64,000 nucleotides of DNA from an uncultured Bacteroidales bacterium (GTDB lineage: Bacteria; Bacteroidota; Bacteroidia; Bacteroidales; GCA-2748055): NCBI GenBank assembly GCA_963809925.1, contig CAWELH010000007.1, positions 6,133 to 70,132 of the forward strand, written 5' to 3'. The translations under genes were made by a program, and so were the position numbers. Below are positions 38,861-49,800 of the stretch, piece by piece (positions within the stretch are counted from its first letter, which is position 1; every line of letters begins with the position of its first letter). Under the pieces are notes generated by a model that was not told the DNA's origin, did not search any database, and saw only the letters and a program-made list of their open reading frames with translations.

Positions 38861-40495
38861 TTAGTATCCTTTGTTTTGTTTCATACTTGTCAGGTCAAGT
38901 TCCGCCTGTGGCAGGGGTAACAATTTATGGTAGTTCTGCACCCGGTCGCCGATAGGCTCACCGGTGTGATAAGGAACGAACCTGCTCATGACTGCTATAA
39001 GGCTGTCTCTCCTGACAAGATCCCTGAAGCGTTTCCATTCAAACGCAAGTTCATAGCTTCGCTCCTTCCAAATTGTATCCCAGCAAGCCTCCTGGCTTAA
39101 GCCCATCGGTACGTCAGCCGGCACCGCCCGTTGCTGTCCGCCGGCAAACCTTGCCCTTGCCCTGAGCTGATTAAGGTAACCTATTGCTTCGGCAGTTTTA
39201 CCGGTTTCATTTAATGCCTCTGCTGCAATCAGCAACACCTCCCCATACCTTAAAACAGGAACATTAAACGACGCAGCGATGCCGTCGGGCCAGGTTTCGA
39301 CAGGCCCCGGATACCTTGTCCATTTTGCGCATCCCGGCGCTTTGATTGCCTGATCCGTGAGCGCGGTATAGTTGATCATCTGTGTCGTGTCTCCATTGAC
39401 CGAACTGGTAGTTATGGCATAGTCCGTTTCAAAGCTGACCTCTCTCCGGTAGTCCCCGGGAATAAATGAATTATAGAATGACATGGGTGGGACGTATCCG
39501 CTCCATCCTCCGACATCCCAGGGTTTTCTCAGAGGCACAAAACCGTTGTTGTTATTTCGCCAGCCGTCGAAATCCTGGCCTGCCGCATACCCTCCTTTGG
39601 CTTCGGAAAAATAATCCACAGAGTAAATATGTTCTTTTGTATCACCCACTTCTCCATTGAAAAGATCCTGGAAATCTTCCACAAGGTCGTAGCCAAAAGC
39701 AGCCTTATTTTTGATTACTTCTTCGGCATAAAAGGCAGCAGCTTCCCAGTGAGAAGAAAAGCTTCCTTTCAGACTTTCCACATAAGCTTCATCTATCGTA
39801 CGGTAGTCATATGAATTTCTGAAAACATCGTTAAATGTGGCCAGATCGAGATGAACCTTGGCCAGCAATGTAAGGGCCGTTCCCCTGGATGCCTTGTTGC
39901 GGGATACACCGTAGTTCTCGGGTAAATGATCGAGACACCAGGTAAGGTCGTCGATGATATGACCTAAGATCTCTTCTGCCGGCGTGCGGGTAATGCCCGA
40001 GCCGTCTGCCGGATTTGGGAGCAGTTCTTCAAGATAGGGGACATCGCCAAACATGCCCACCAGCTCGAAGTAGGTGAAATCACGTAGCCAGAGAACCTCG
40101 GCCCGGTACATATCCTTCTTCTCATCCGTCATCTCCACGTTTTTGATTTTCGGAAGAATCATGTTTGCATAAGCAATCCTTGAATACGATGCACGGTATA
40201 CAACATCGGTCATATCTGATGGTGTATACCTGAACTCATTGAAGTTGAACCGGTAGGGCCTGAAGGTCGTCGGATCAACGTCGTATTCTTCCGAAAGCAT
40301 GTCGTAGACATCATAGTCCTGTGAGATCTGCGCATCGGTTGCGGTATTATACAAACCTAGGACCGCAGCTTCCAGGTCGCCTTCACTCTTAAAGTACGAT
40401 TCAGGAGTAAGCACTCCTATTGGTTTTTCCTCCAGGTCGGCACAGGAAGAAAGGATTAATACGAGAACACCGAAAATATATGCTAATTTTTTCAT
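38861..40495 (-). CDS. susD: SusD/RagB family nutrient-binding outer-membrane lipoprotein
   Basis: Lipobox LILSSCADLEE. TPR-like SusD pattern, positioned directly downstream of susC. C-terminus LPLPQAELDLTSMKQNKGY. Confidence 0.9.
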   Translation of the reverse strand: MKKLAYIFGVLVLILSSCADLEEKPIGVLTPESYFKSEGDLEAAVLGLYNTATDAQISQDYDVYDMLSEEYDVDPTTFRPYRFNFNEFRYTPSDMTDVVYRASYSRIAYANMILPKIKNVEMTDEKKDMYRAEVLWLRDFTYFELVGMFGDVPYLEELLPNPADGSGITRTPAEEILGHIIDDLTWCLDHLPENYGVSRNKASRGTALTLLAKVHLDLATFNDVFRNSYDYRTIDEAYVESLKGSFSSHWEAAAFYAEEVIKNKAAFGYDLVEDFQDLFNGEVGDTKEHIYSVDYFSEAKGGYAAGQDFDGWRNNNNGFVPLRKPWDVGGWSGYVPPMSFYNSFIPGDYRREVSFETDYAITTSSVNGDTTQMINYTALTDQAIKAPGCAKWTRYPGPVETWPDGIAASFNVPVLRYGEVLLIAAEALNETGKTAEAIGYLNQLRARARFAGGQQRAVPADVPMGLSQEACWDTIWKERSYELAFEWKRFRDLVRRDSLIAVMSRFVPYHTGEPIGDRVQNYHKLLPLPQAELDLTSMKQNKGY

Positions 40496-40590
40496 ACTGA
40501 TAGTTTTGTTTGTTACACTGCCGGATACCTGTTAAATTTTTAAATGAAGCTTATTATAATTTACGATAATCATCGCTGTAACATCCTCAT

Positions 40591-40773
40591 TTAATATTCT
40601 TTGTTCTGTTTCAGACCTGTAAGTTCGATCTCGCGCCAGGGTATTCGCCATCCGTTGAAGGTCGGTCCTGCCCCATCATGCCCTTTGGCCTCTGAGAAGA
40701 AGTCGCGGGAAGGTGCTACTTCACAAGCCAGGACATTCATAATCTGAGGCATACGTATTCTTCGGTTCATCAT
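40591..40773 (-). pseudogene. internally deleted susD remnant
   Basis: DFFSEAKGHDGAGPTFNGWR matches DYFSEAKGGYAAGQDFDGWR of the adjacent SusD. IPWREIELTGLKQNKEY matches its C-terminus LPLPQAELDLTSMKQNKGY. The 3' ends are also alignable at nucleotide level. Confidence 0.6.
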
Positions 40774-40800
40774 TTTATCCCCATTGCTTTCGTGAAACGA

Positions 40801-43800
40801 CTAGAAGCCAATTTTTAGACCGAAAGTGAAACCTCTCACACTTGGGTAGTTACCGTCGTCAACACCATGAAATATATCGGAATTCTTGTATCGGCTCACC
40901 TCCGGATCGTACCCCTTGTAGTTAGTCCAGAGGTATAGGTTCTGTCCGCTCACATATACCTTAAATTCTGCAATATGAATTATATCAAGCCATTTCCGGG
41001 GCAGGCTGTAGCCAAGGGTGACATTCTGCAGCCGGATGTATGTTCCATCCTCGATGAAGCGATCGGTCGGCAGCATTTTATTATAAGCCGAGACTTTGGG
41101 AACATCGGTAAATACCCATTGTTCTGATTCCGCATCGTAATAGCTCCGCTTATCCCATGCTTCCTTGCTCAGATTCGTGCTCGGGTTCATGGTCTCCAGC
41201 CTTTGCCTTGTAAGGTTATAAATATCGCCACCCATTGATGCCTGGATAAAGATCCCCAGACTCCAGCCCTTATAGCTGAAAGTGTTGTTCATTCCCCATA
41301 CAAAATCAGGGAATGCCGAACCGATCAGTACCCGGTCCTTCGTTTCTTCAAATTTGCCGTTGCTGTCGGTGTCAGCATATTTAGGGCCTCCCAGGGAGCC
41401 CCCGTTCGCGTCAGCTTCTTCTTTATCCTGGTAAACGCCAACGTAGTGGAGTCCTACAAAGGAGCTAAGCGGCTCCCCTTTGATCATATACATCATATCC
41501 TGGGAAAGTGCAGTTGAAAGGGTAGCATTGGACGGTACGATCGTATCATTGTCGGCCAGATCCAGGATCAGATTTTTATTGGTCGAAATATTGAAATCGG
41601 TTTCCCATTTAAATGGTGCTGAAATGTTAAAGGTATGGATACTGAATTCAAATCCTTTGTTGGATACTTCTCCGACATTTACTGTCCCCTGAGCAAATCC
41701 GGATGTTCCGGGAAATTTCTTGTCCAGCAACAGGTCGTAAGTCAGCTTGTCGTAATAATCGGCGGTCATGGTGATACGGTTGTTGAAAAGTCCGATATCG
41801 AGGCCAATATCCATCTGTTTAGTAGATTCCCATCCGAGTTCACTGTTAGAAACCGTAAGGGGTACCACGACACCTATTCGTTGGTTGTTATTCAGTACGC
41901 CGTTTGTGATTGCCAGCCTGGCGAGCGATTTATAGGAACCGATCTCCGCATTTCCGACCATACCATAGCTGGCCCTGGCTTTAAGTTCGCTGATGAAATT
42001 CACATTTGACATGAACGATTCATTATGGATTTTCCAGGCAACTGCTCCCGATGGGAAAAACCCATACTTTTTGTTGACTGCAAATACGGAAGAACCATCG
42101 ACTCTGCCATTAAGAGTTATGGAATACCTGTCTGTCAGGTCATAATGAATCCGGCCCAGATACGACTCAAACTGCCTGGTGGATTTTCCCGATGACATGG
42201 AGGAGTATACATCAGCTGCGCCAATATTGAGATAGTTAAACATGAATGCATCACTTACAAAGCCATACCCTCTGCCGTTATAATCCTCCCTGCTCTCCTT
42301 TTCCCAGGTATACCCCAGAAGTGCTAGCACATGATGGTTGGGATTAAAAGTTTTATCGAAAGTGAGAATGTTTTCATTTACAAAGCGGAATATTTGATAA
42401 TTATTATACCATGCCTCACCGGAATTTCCCGCTGGTGATACTTTACTTGAGCCGACGATGCTTTCCTGAAGGTTCGCCTGGCCATGTCTCCGGTACGTCG
42501 TAGCAATACCCGCTGATGTTTTGAAATGGAGTGACGGCAGAATGGTCAGTTCAGCGGAAAAATCAGAAAGGAGATCATCAAGCTGAAGTTCAGAGACCGG
42601 AACAGGAATAGTGACAACGGAAAGGGGGTTATCCGCTGGTATTGAGAGCTTGTCGTACTGCCAGACTCCAAGTGTATCTCTTGGTTCAAAAAGCGGGCTG
42701 TATCCGAGAATGTTGTTAGAGACTCCGATACCATCCCAGAACCCTGTTTCACCTAAGTATGCTTTCCTGCTTGCGTTGGTGTTCAGACTTACTTTGAGCC
42801 ATTTATTTACCTTTGCATCGATATTCATTCGGGCAGAATACCTTTTAAATTCGGATGAGGGTACGATCCCCTTCTGATCATAAAGGTTGCCTGAAAGGTA
42901 ATACCTCATCTTTTCATTCCCTCCCGAAAAGGACAACTGGTATTCATCGGTTTCACCCTGCCTGTATACGAGGTCGTGCCAGTCAACATCCCAATCGATC
43001 TCTTCCGGTTTGGTAGGAAAACGCCGGCTCCCTATAACCGGATATGGTCTTTTGTCACCATCGTTGTGGTAGGTTTCATTGATCATATAACCGTACTCCT
43101 GGGAATTCAGAACATCGATCTTTTGGGAAATATTCTGAATTGACTTTGAATAGGTGAACTCAAATTTATCCTTCCCCGGATTTCCGGATTTTGTGGTAAC
43201 GAGCACGACGCCATTTGATGCCCTGGCGCCATAGATGGCAAGCGCAGAGGCATCTTTCAGGATGTCGATCCTCTCTATGTCGTTGGGGTTAATATCCTCG
43301 AGTTGTCCTCCCGGGAATCCGTCTATTACGATCAGCGGATCATTTCCGCTACTGATGGAATTGACACCACGGATCCTCATCCGTATCGCTCCGCCAGGTG
43401 CGCCGCTGTTTTGAGTTATTTCAACACCAGCTGCACGGCCCTGAAGAAGAAGATCAGCCCTGGCAACAGGCATACCCTGAACATCTTCAGGTTTAACGGT
43501 CGAAACGGAGCCTGTAAGATCCTTTTTCTTGATTGTACCATATCCGATCACAACAATCTCATCAAGGCTCTTGGTTTCAAGCTTAAGGGCCATGTCTATC
43601 CTGCTCCGGCTGCCAATCCCGAGTTCCTCTGTCTCGTAGCCTACATAAGAAAAGACCAGTGTCTCATCGTTCTCCTGAAGAGCCAGTTCATAATGACCGG
43701 AGATATCTGAAATCGTTCCCCTGACGGTACCTTTAACGCTCACATTAACACCGGGCAGAGGGGTCCCGTCAGCTGCATCAGTGATGGTACCTGAAACAGA

Positions 43801-43884
43801 ACGCTGCCCATATGCAGCTGTCATAAGGCTTATAAAAAACAGGGAAAGAAATATTTTCTTTATTATACATTGATATGTATGCAT
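40801..43884 (-). CDS. susC: SusC/RagA family TonB-dependent outer-membrane transporter
   Basis: Signal peptide. Carboxypeptidase-regulatory-like domain VSGTITDAADGTPLPGVNVSVKGT, TonB-box/plug DEIVVIGYGT, a long barrel and C-terminus GFTFGLKIGF. Likely start ATG 43884; the longer ORF starts with TTG. Confidence 0.95.
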   Translation of the reverse strand: MHTYQCIIKKIFLSLFFISLMTAAYGQRSVSGTITDAADGTPLPGVNVSVKGTVRGTISDISGHYELALQENDETLVFSYVGYETEELGIGSRSRIDMALKLETKSLDEIVVIGYGTIKKKDLTGSVSTVKPEDVQGMPVARADLLLQGRAAGVEITQNSGAPGGAIRMRIRGVNSISSGNDPLIVIDGFPGGQLEDINPNDIERIDILKDASALAIYGARASNGVVLVTTKSGNPGKDKFEFTYSKSIQNISQKIDVLNSQEYGYMINETYHNDGDKRPYPVIGSRRFPTKPEEIDWDVDWHDLVYRQGETDEYQLSFSGGNEKMRYYLSGNLYDQKGIVPSSEFKRYSARMNIDAKVNKWLKVSLNTNASRKAYLGETGFWDGIGVSNNILGYSPLFEPRDTLGVWQYDKLSIPADNPLSVVTIPVPVSELQLDDLLSDFSAELTILPSLHFKTSAGIATTYRRHGQANLQESIVGSSKVSPAGNSGEAWYNNYQIFRFVNENILTFDKTFNPNHHVLALLGYTWEKESREDYNGRGYGFVSDAFMFNYLNIGAADVYSSMSSGKSTRQFESYLGRIHYDLTDRYSITLNGRVDGSSVFAVNKKYGFFPSGAVAWKIHNESFMSNVNFISELKARASYGMVGNAEIGSYKSLARLAITNGVLNNNQRIGVVVPLTVSNSELGWESTKQMDIGLDIGLFNNRITMTADYYDKLTYDLLLDKKFPGTSGFAQGTVNVGEVSNKGFEFSIHTFNISAPFKWETDFNISTNKNLILDLADNDTIVPSNATLSTALSQDMMYMIKGEPLSSFVGLHYVGVYQDKEEADANGGSLGGPKYADTDSNGKFEETKDRVLIGSAFPDFVWGMNNTFSYKGWSLGIFIQASMGGDIYNLTRQRLETMNPSTNLSKEAWDKRSYYDAESEQWVFTDVPKVSAYNKMLPTDRFIEDGTYIRLQNVTLGYSLPRKWLDIIHIAEFKVYVSGQNLYLWTNYKGYDPEVSRYKNSDIFHGVDDGNYPSVRGFTFGLKIGF

Positions 43885-44030
43885 TTCTGTAAAGTGTTTA
43901 GATGGTAGTTTTATATCCGTCAACTTTGAACCAATATTCAATCCGGGACAGCGTGTATCCCACCGCAGAGAGTACTTTGCCTTTGTGAAAGTTTGCGTTT
44001 AGAACGCCGGATTTGAAATTAACTTTAATA

Positions 44031-44054
44031 ACTCCCGGCATAAATGCCGGGAGT
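44031..44054 (-). terminator. perfect 10-bp stem / 4-nt loop hairpin between the upstream cargo gene and susC
   Basis: ACTCCCGGCA-TAAA-TGCCGGGAGT. On the minus strand it is followed by TATTAAAGTT, a weak U-tract. It lies 55 nt after the stop of the 44109-46319 gene and 147 nt before the susC start. Confidence 0.4.
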
Positions 44055-44108
44055 ATTACCGTTAACCAACTAATTGAAACTCCTTACTTCTCTTACTAAC
44101 TGGTAAAC

Positions 44109-46319
44109 CTATTCTTTCAGGAATTTTTCAACGGCAGAATGATCGTTCCTGTCAACAACCTTTACAAAGTAGAGGCCCCTGTTCAGTGTCGATACATTTA
44201 TTGAAATTTCGCCTGAGGCGGTGGTATTCGAAACCCTTCTAAGCAGTTGTCCGGAAACATTCGTGATCTCAACATATTTTACATTCTCTATGCCTGAGAT
44301 CTGTAGAAAATCGGAAACCGGGTTCGGGTACAATTTTAATTTTCCGGCAAGCGCATTATAAATTCCGGTTTCACCATCGAGACGGATCAGCGGAAAGTTG
44401 CTGGCATCCTGGTTCATATTGGTGGCAAAAAGGAGAAGAATTGTTTCTCTTCCTGCACCGTCATTGTCGTTTATGGCAACATTGGTTGTGAACTTATTCC
44501 CCACTTCAGGTATAAACGGATTCTCATTGCCAATGCCGTTTAGTGCCGTCCATGGCAAAGCCATTTCGAGTTCGTATCCGTTGTCTCCGTCCTCCAGGTC
44601 CCATTTCTCCAAGGAAGCACCATTGAAATCCCTGATGGTGTTGGCGGTGTTATTTCCATTGGACACAGTCTGAGCCATGGTAGCACCGTAAATATAAAGG
44701 AGCTTCTCATTACCTGGCTGCTGATCGGGCAGGTAGAACATGTTATATCCGGAACGCTTGTCAATCTTGTCGGTCATGATCAGCGCAAATTCAATCCCGT
44801 CATTTTCCCATGAATTTGCTTCTGTGGTCACAAATACCTGGTCAACGACTCTGAAATATGCATAGAGGTAATCCTCATCCCAAAGCAGTTGTACCTTTGC
44901 GCTCAGATCGGCTGCTGATTCGGGGGCCACCAGACCTTCACCGTCATTGACATCTGTAATTTCAATTGCATTGTCATATGTATACCATTCATCAAAGAAG
45001 GCATCGATATATACCGGATTTGCATCTGTTACTTTCAGTGCGCTATATGTCGGGTACGGCGGAGCATAGGTCTCAATACCATAATCCTTGGTCGTTACAC
45101 CGTCTTCTGCGGTAACCCTGTACACCATTCCTGTGGCGACAAGCGCTGCCGGATCGGTGACTTCCGTACTGCCGTCAAATATAGCTTCTGTGGCATTTTC
45201 CTGTGGCCTGATTTTGCCGAGGAAGATCTCGACAGTAGTCCCTTCAATGGTAGATATCACATCTGTCCCTTCATCATATTCAAGCGGAGAAAAGAACGCC
45301 GCAATGGTAACATCGCTGCTCAGACTAAGTGATTCGAGACCGTATTCCTTTAACATACCTGCCTCAGAGGTAACAAGAAGTGTCATGGTGTTCATCACAA
45401 CTTCAGCACCATCTACTGCCATCTTAATACCACTTTCGTCGGGATTGAGAACCATGGCACTGGCACCCGCAGGGAGTGTTAATGCTGCAAGTAACTGATC
45501 AACCGTAGTTCCCTCCGGTACATCTGCAATCATGTCATCCGCCAAGGTACCAATGGAAGTAGTTACGCTCACATCTGTGCTGCCAACGAATTCCGTAATG
45601 GCCTCAACGGTGATATCATCAAAGTAACCGCCGTCATTCCATGAACCAAATCCGATCATTCCTGCATCATCAATGGAAGCATCATCAACCGACAGGAAAG
45701 GTGTGCCTTCATATTTCAGGATCACTTTGCTTCCTACTTTTTCCAGGGTTACAACATGAAAAAGTGTATCCTGGAACTTGGATATACTCTGGTTGATTGT
45801 TATGTTCAATCCTCCGGATCCACCGCGCAATCCTTCTCCTTCAACAAATGCAGCAGCCGTTGGAGATGGTGATGTGCCAAAATTGACATAGTTAAAGTTC
45901 AGGTCATCAACATATCCCCAAATGATACCGGCGTCCCAGTTGCCATTGGCTTCGTCAAACCACGGTCTTGCAACCGACATCGTGACCTTGAAATTGGTAA
46001 AGTTCTGCCCTTCGACATGAGTAAACTCACCAAGCGCTGAGCCTGAACCAGCTCCATATTCCGTTTCAGCTCCATCCGGATCAAACCACGGATCACCACT
46101 GTAATGCAGCGGATTTATGTTGGATGTCATAATGGCATATACCGTATTTTCCCCGTACAGGTAGGTTGCCCAGTTGGCGGAGTTGTACTCAGTATAGTTC
46201 GTCCTGTCACCCCAAACTGCGTCATCAGAGAAAATATCCGTCTGGGCATTTAGTATACCGGGCAAAATGCCCAGTAAAAGGACCAAAAAAGTCAGAATTG
46301 TGAGTTTAGCTTTTTTCAT
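44109..46319 (-). CDS. T9SS-secreted glycan-binding-type protein (LamG/concanavalin-like N-domain, repeated Ig-like modules, CBM9-like domain, type A CTD)
   Basis: Signal peptide after ATG 46319. CBM9-like DEWYTYDNAIEITDV...LLWDEDYLYAYFRVVDQ...NDGIEFAL. CTD LYPNPVSDFLQISG...GLYFVKVVD. Confidence 0.6.
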   Translation of the reverse strand: MKKAKLTILTFLVLLLGILPGILNAQTDIFSDDAVWGDRTNYTEYNSANWATYLYGENTVYAIMTSNINPLHYSGDPWFDPDGAETEYGAGSGSALGEFTHVEGQNFTNFKVTMSVARPWFDEANGNWDAGIIWGYVDDLNFNYVNFGTSPSPTAAAFVEGEGLRGGSGGLNITINQSISKFQDTLFHVVTLEKVGSKVILKYEGTPFLSVDDASIDDAGMIGFGSWNDGGYFDDITVEAITEFVGSTDVSVTTSIGTLADDMIADVPEGTTVDQLLAALTLPAGASAMVLNPDESGIKMAVDGAEVVMNTMTLLVTSEAGMLKEYGLESLSLSSDVTIAAFFSPLEYDEGTDVISTIEGTTVEIFLGKIRPQENATEAIFDGSTEVTDPAALVATGMVYRVTAEDGVTTKDYGIETYAPPYPTYSALKVTDANPVYIDAFFDEWYTYDNAIEITDVNDGEGLVAPESAADLSAKVQLLWDEDYLYAYFRVVDQVFVTTEANSWENDGIEFALIMTDKIDKRSGYNMFYLPDQQPGNEKLLYIYGATMAQTVSNGNNTANTIRDFNGASLEKWDLEDGDNGYELEMALPWTALNGIGNENPFIPEVGNKFTTNVAINDNDGAGRETILLLFATNMNQDASNFPLIRLDGETGIYNALAGKLKLYPNPVSDFLQISGIENVKYVEITNVSGQLLRRVSNTTASGEISINVSTLNRGLYFVKVVDRNDHSAVEKFLKE

Positions 46320-46551
46320 AATAGTATTAGTTTGATGTTTAAAAAAGAATAATTGATAGTTTGCGTTTACCGGGCAAAATTCCCGGAAATGAAACTGCAA
46401 CTGTTGATTATACTAAATTATGAAGTAAAATTTCTGAAGGTTTTCATCGGGGTTTCAAATCATTGTATAATTGTACAGTTCTGATTATCAGGTAAATATT
46501 ATTTAGAATGAAACAAAATGACAAGAATTTGAAACGAATTGTAAAGGGGGA

Positions 46552-46655
46552 GGGAGTTAGGGAGTTATGAAGTTTGGGAGTTATGAAGTTTGGGAGCTAT
46601 GAAGTTTGGGGGTTAGGGAGTTTGGGGGTTATGAAGTTTGGGGGTTATGAAGTTT
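46552..46655. repeat. 16-bp imperfect tandem repeat (GGGRGYTATGAAGTTT) with two 8-bp half units
   Basis: Full units start at 46560, 46576, 46592, 46624 and 46640; half units start at 46552, 46608 and 46616. The array lies in the divergent intergenic region of the PUL. Confidence 0.9.
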
Positions 46656-46887
46656 GAACCTGCAATAGTTTTCCGGACATACGAACACGCCTTAGAACTT
46701 TCATAGTCTTGTGGATGGGTTTATGGAGGTGTGCCAACATTTCTAGTAACTAACAGAAAATCGTCGAGCGTAAAGCAGGAAGCAGACGTAAAGACTCTCC
46801 GATAGATTTTCAAGACGGACAGATAGTTGTTATGAATAAGTTTTCCTCATTTTTAAATTCAAATTATTTATTAAAAAATTAAACAAG

Positions 46888-49800
46888 ATGAAACAGTGGA
46901 GTAAAATCTTCAATATTAAAGAGGGAAGTATACGATTTAAGAATACTCTTATTCAATTGATGCTAATAGGGATAATGACCCTTTGGAGCACCAGCGTTTT
47001 TGGAGGTGAAGATTTGACAGTTATTGTTACCGCAAGCAGCGAAAATCCTCCATCTGAGGGTATCGAAAATATACATGACGGTAACTTGAATAATAAGTGG
47101 TTTGGCGGAGGATCATCAAACTGGGTTCAATTTGCCTATTCCACAGCTCAAATTTGGAACATTTATGCAATGACTTCAGCAAACGATTTCCCAAATCGTG
47201 ATGCCAAAGATTGGACATTGAGTGGATCCAATGATGGCAGCAATTGGGTAACAATTGATACACGCACAGATCAGCCTGTGTGGTCCGGGAGAAACAGTAC
47301 ACTGAAGTTTCCTTTTTCAAATTCAACGGCTTATTTATATTATAAACTTGATATAATTGATAATCATGAGGAGTGGGGTACTCAACTTGCAGAACTGGCA
47401 TTTTCCTATATTGATTCATCTGATATAGAATCACCTTCAGTTCCTGAAGGTCTTTCAGCTTCCGATGTTACAGCTAATTCATTTACATTATCATGGAATG
47501 CATCTTCAGACAACATAGGTGTTACAGGATATGAAGTTTTTAGAGACGGGATGACCCAGGGGACTCTTTCCGATACCTCAATGGACATATCAGGGCTTTT
47601 CCCGGCTGCAATCTATTCTATGACTGTAAGGGCTCGTGATGAATTGGGCAACTGGTCAGCTCAAAGTTCAGAATTACAGGTTGCGACTAATGACGATCAT
47701 GATACAATAACAAATAGATTAATAACCGCAAGTAATGAAAATGCTCCATTAGAAGGTATTGATAAGTTAATGGATGGAAATATCTACAGTAAATGGCTTT
47801 GCTCTGGTAATACCGCATGGGCAAAAGTGCAATATCCCGCAGCGAAAATAATTAATGAATATCATATTGCTTCCGCAAATGATTCCCCAGAAAGAGATCC
47901 AAAAGATTGGACTATACTTGGATCAAACGACGGTGTGAATTGGGATACTTTGGATACCCGAACAAACGAGACCTGGACGGGCAGGTATTCTACAAATTCT
48001 TACTCTTTCAGCAACAGTTTGGGGTATACTTACTATAAATGGAATATCATTTTAAATAATGGTGGCAACCTTATACAGTGTGCGGAGCTAAGCCTTAGGA
48101 ATTCATCGGATCCTGATTTACAAGCGCCAACTGTACCGACAGGTTTATCCATTAATAATGTTCAAAAAACACTATTTACACTCAGGTGGAACGCATCTAC
48201 CGATAATATTGTAACTACTCTTTATGAAGTATTTAAGGATGGTGTTTCAATAGGAACTACTACAATTACCTGGATAGATGTTACTGGACTGGATTGCAGT
48301 ACATCTTATGATTTAACTGTTAGAGCAAGGGATGCCGCTGGAAATTGGTCGGAACAAAGTAATGCCATAACCCAGGAAACACAAATATGTGTTGATAATA
48401 TACCTCCAGGTGTTCCACAAGGACTTTTCGCGACAGATGTCACAACAAATTCATTACACTTAAATTGGGTAGTATCAGTTGATAACGTGTCAACGAATCT
48501 GTATGAGGTATTTCAGAATGGTAAATCTGTTGGAACAACTGCTAAAAACTCAAAGGATTTTAGCGGATTAGCACAAAATACATTCTATTCATATACAGTA
48601 CGTGCCCGTGATATAAATAACAACTGGTCGGAAAAAAGCGTACCAATGAGCGTTGTTACTTTAGATGGTAAGCAACACAAAAGCAATATGCAAATGGCAA
48701 GCGGGTTTAATGGTATTGGCTGGTACGAAGGCTGGTCCCCATATTGGCCATCCGGAATCGACTGGACTACTGTTCAGAACCCATGGCTGCCACAATTTAT
48801 TACCGATTTACAGGCTTATAGTTCATGCATAAGACCAAATGGGTTTACAGGTGGTGATGCTGCTCTGTTAATGGAGAATTGGGATGACCGAATCCAGAAG
48901 ACAGATGATCAGTATTCCTCTACTTTACCCATGCAAATAAGCCTAACTGAGTTTAGTGCCAGACGATCAATAGCATACGAATGGCAAATTGATCTGTGTA
49001 ACAGGGTTGGGGCAGATTATTGGGTAAATATACCATTTACTGCTACGGATGAATGCGTGCGTCAAATTGCAGAATTTATAAAAACTGAACTCGATCCAGG
49101 CCTGAAGGTATATGTTGAATGGTCGAATGAAACATGGAACTCAGGATATTATCAGTATCATTATTGTCTTGTTAAAGGTATTGAACTTGGATTAGACAGC
49201 CCCATATCATACAAAGGACAAGATGTCTATCCATCGGCTACCCGGGCGTATACTGTTTATCGGTCGATTCAGGTATTTGATATTTTTGAAAGTGTGTTCG
49301 GTGTCAACAGTCCCAGGATTGTAAAGACAATCTGCAGTCAACTTGGATATTCCAACTGGCTCGAATATATTAATATCTGGGGCGATACCCACCCAATAGC
49401 TAATATGGATCTCGCGTTGATTAATGCACCTGATATTAATCCCAAAAAAATAAAAGTTGACGCTTATGGTATGGGCGCCTATATAAATGGTAATTCAATA
49501 TCTGAGTATTATGATGACCTAAACAATAACGTCATTCAAAGGATTATTGAAACAAAGAACTCCCTGGAAATGGAAGGTTCAGGTACTAAGTTAGTTTTGT
49601 ATGAAGGAGGTATTGACGCGAGTACAAATGCCATTGCGCTGGCCCACGACCCTGCAATATATCAATTCATGTACGATATGTACGATGCGTATGGGAAATA
49701 TGTTGAAGGACCGTTCTGTTTCTCGAACCATGTTGGCGCATTTTTAAATGATGCAGCCTGGGGATTGTTAGAAACAACCGGGCAATCAATTGACGATGCC

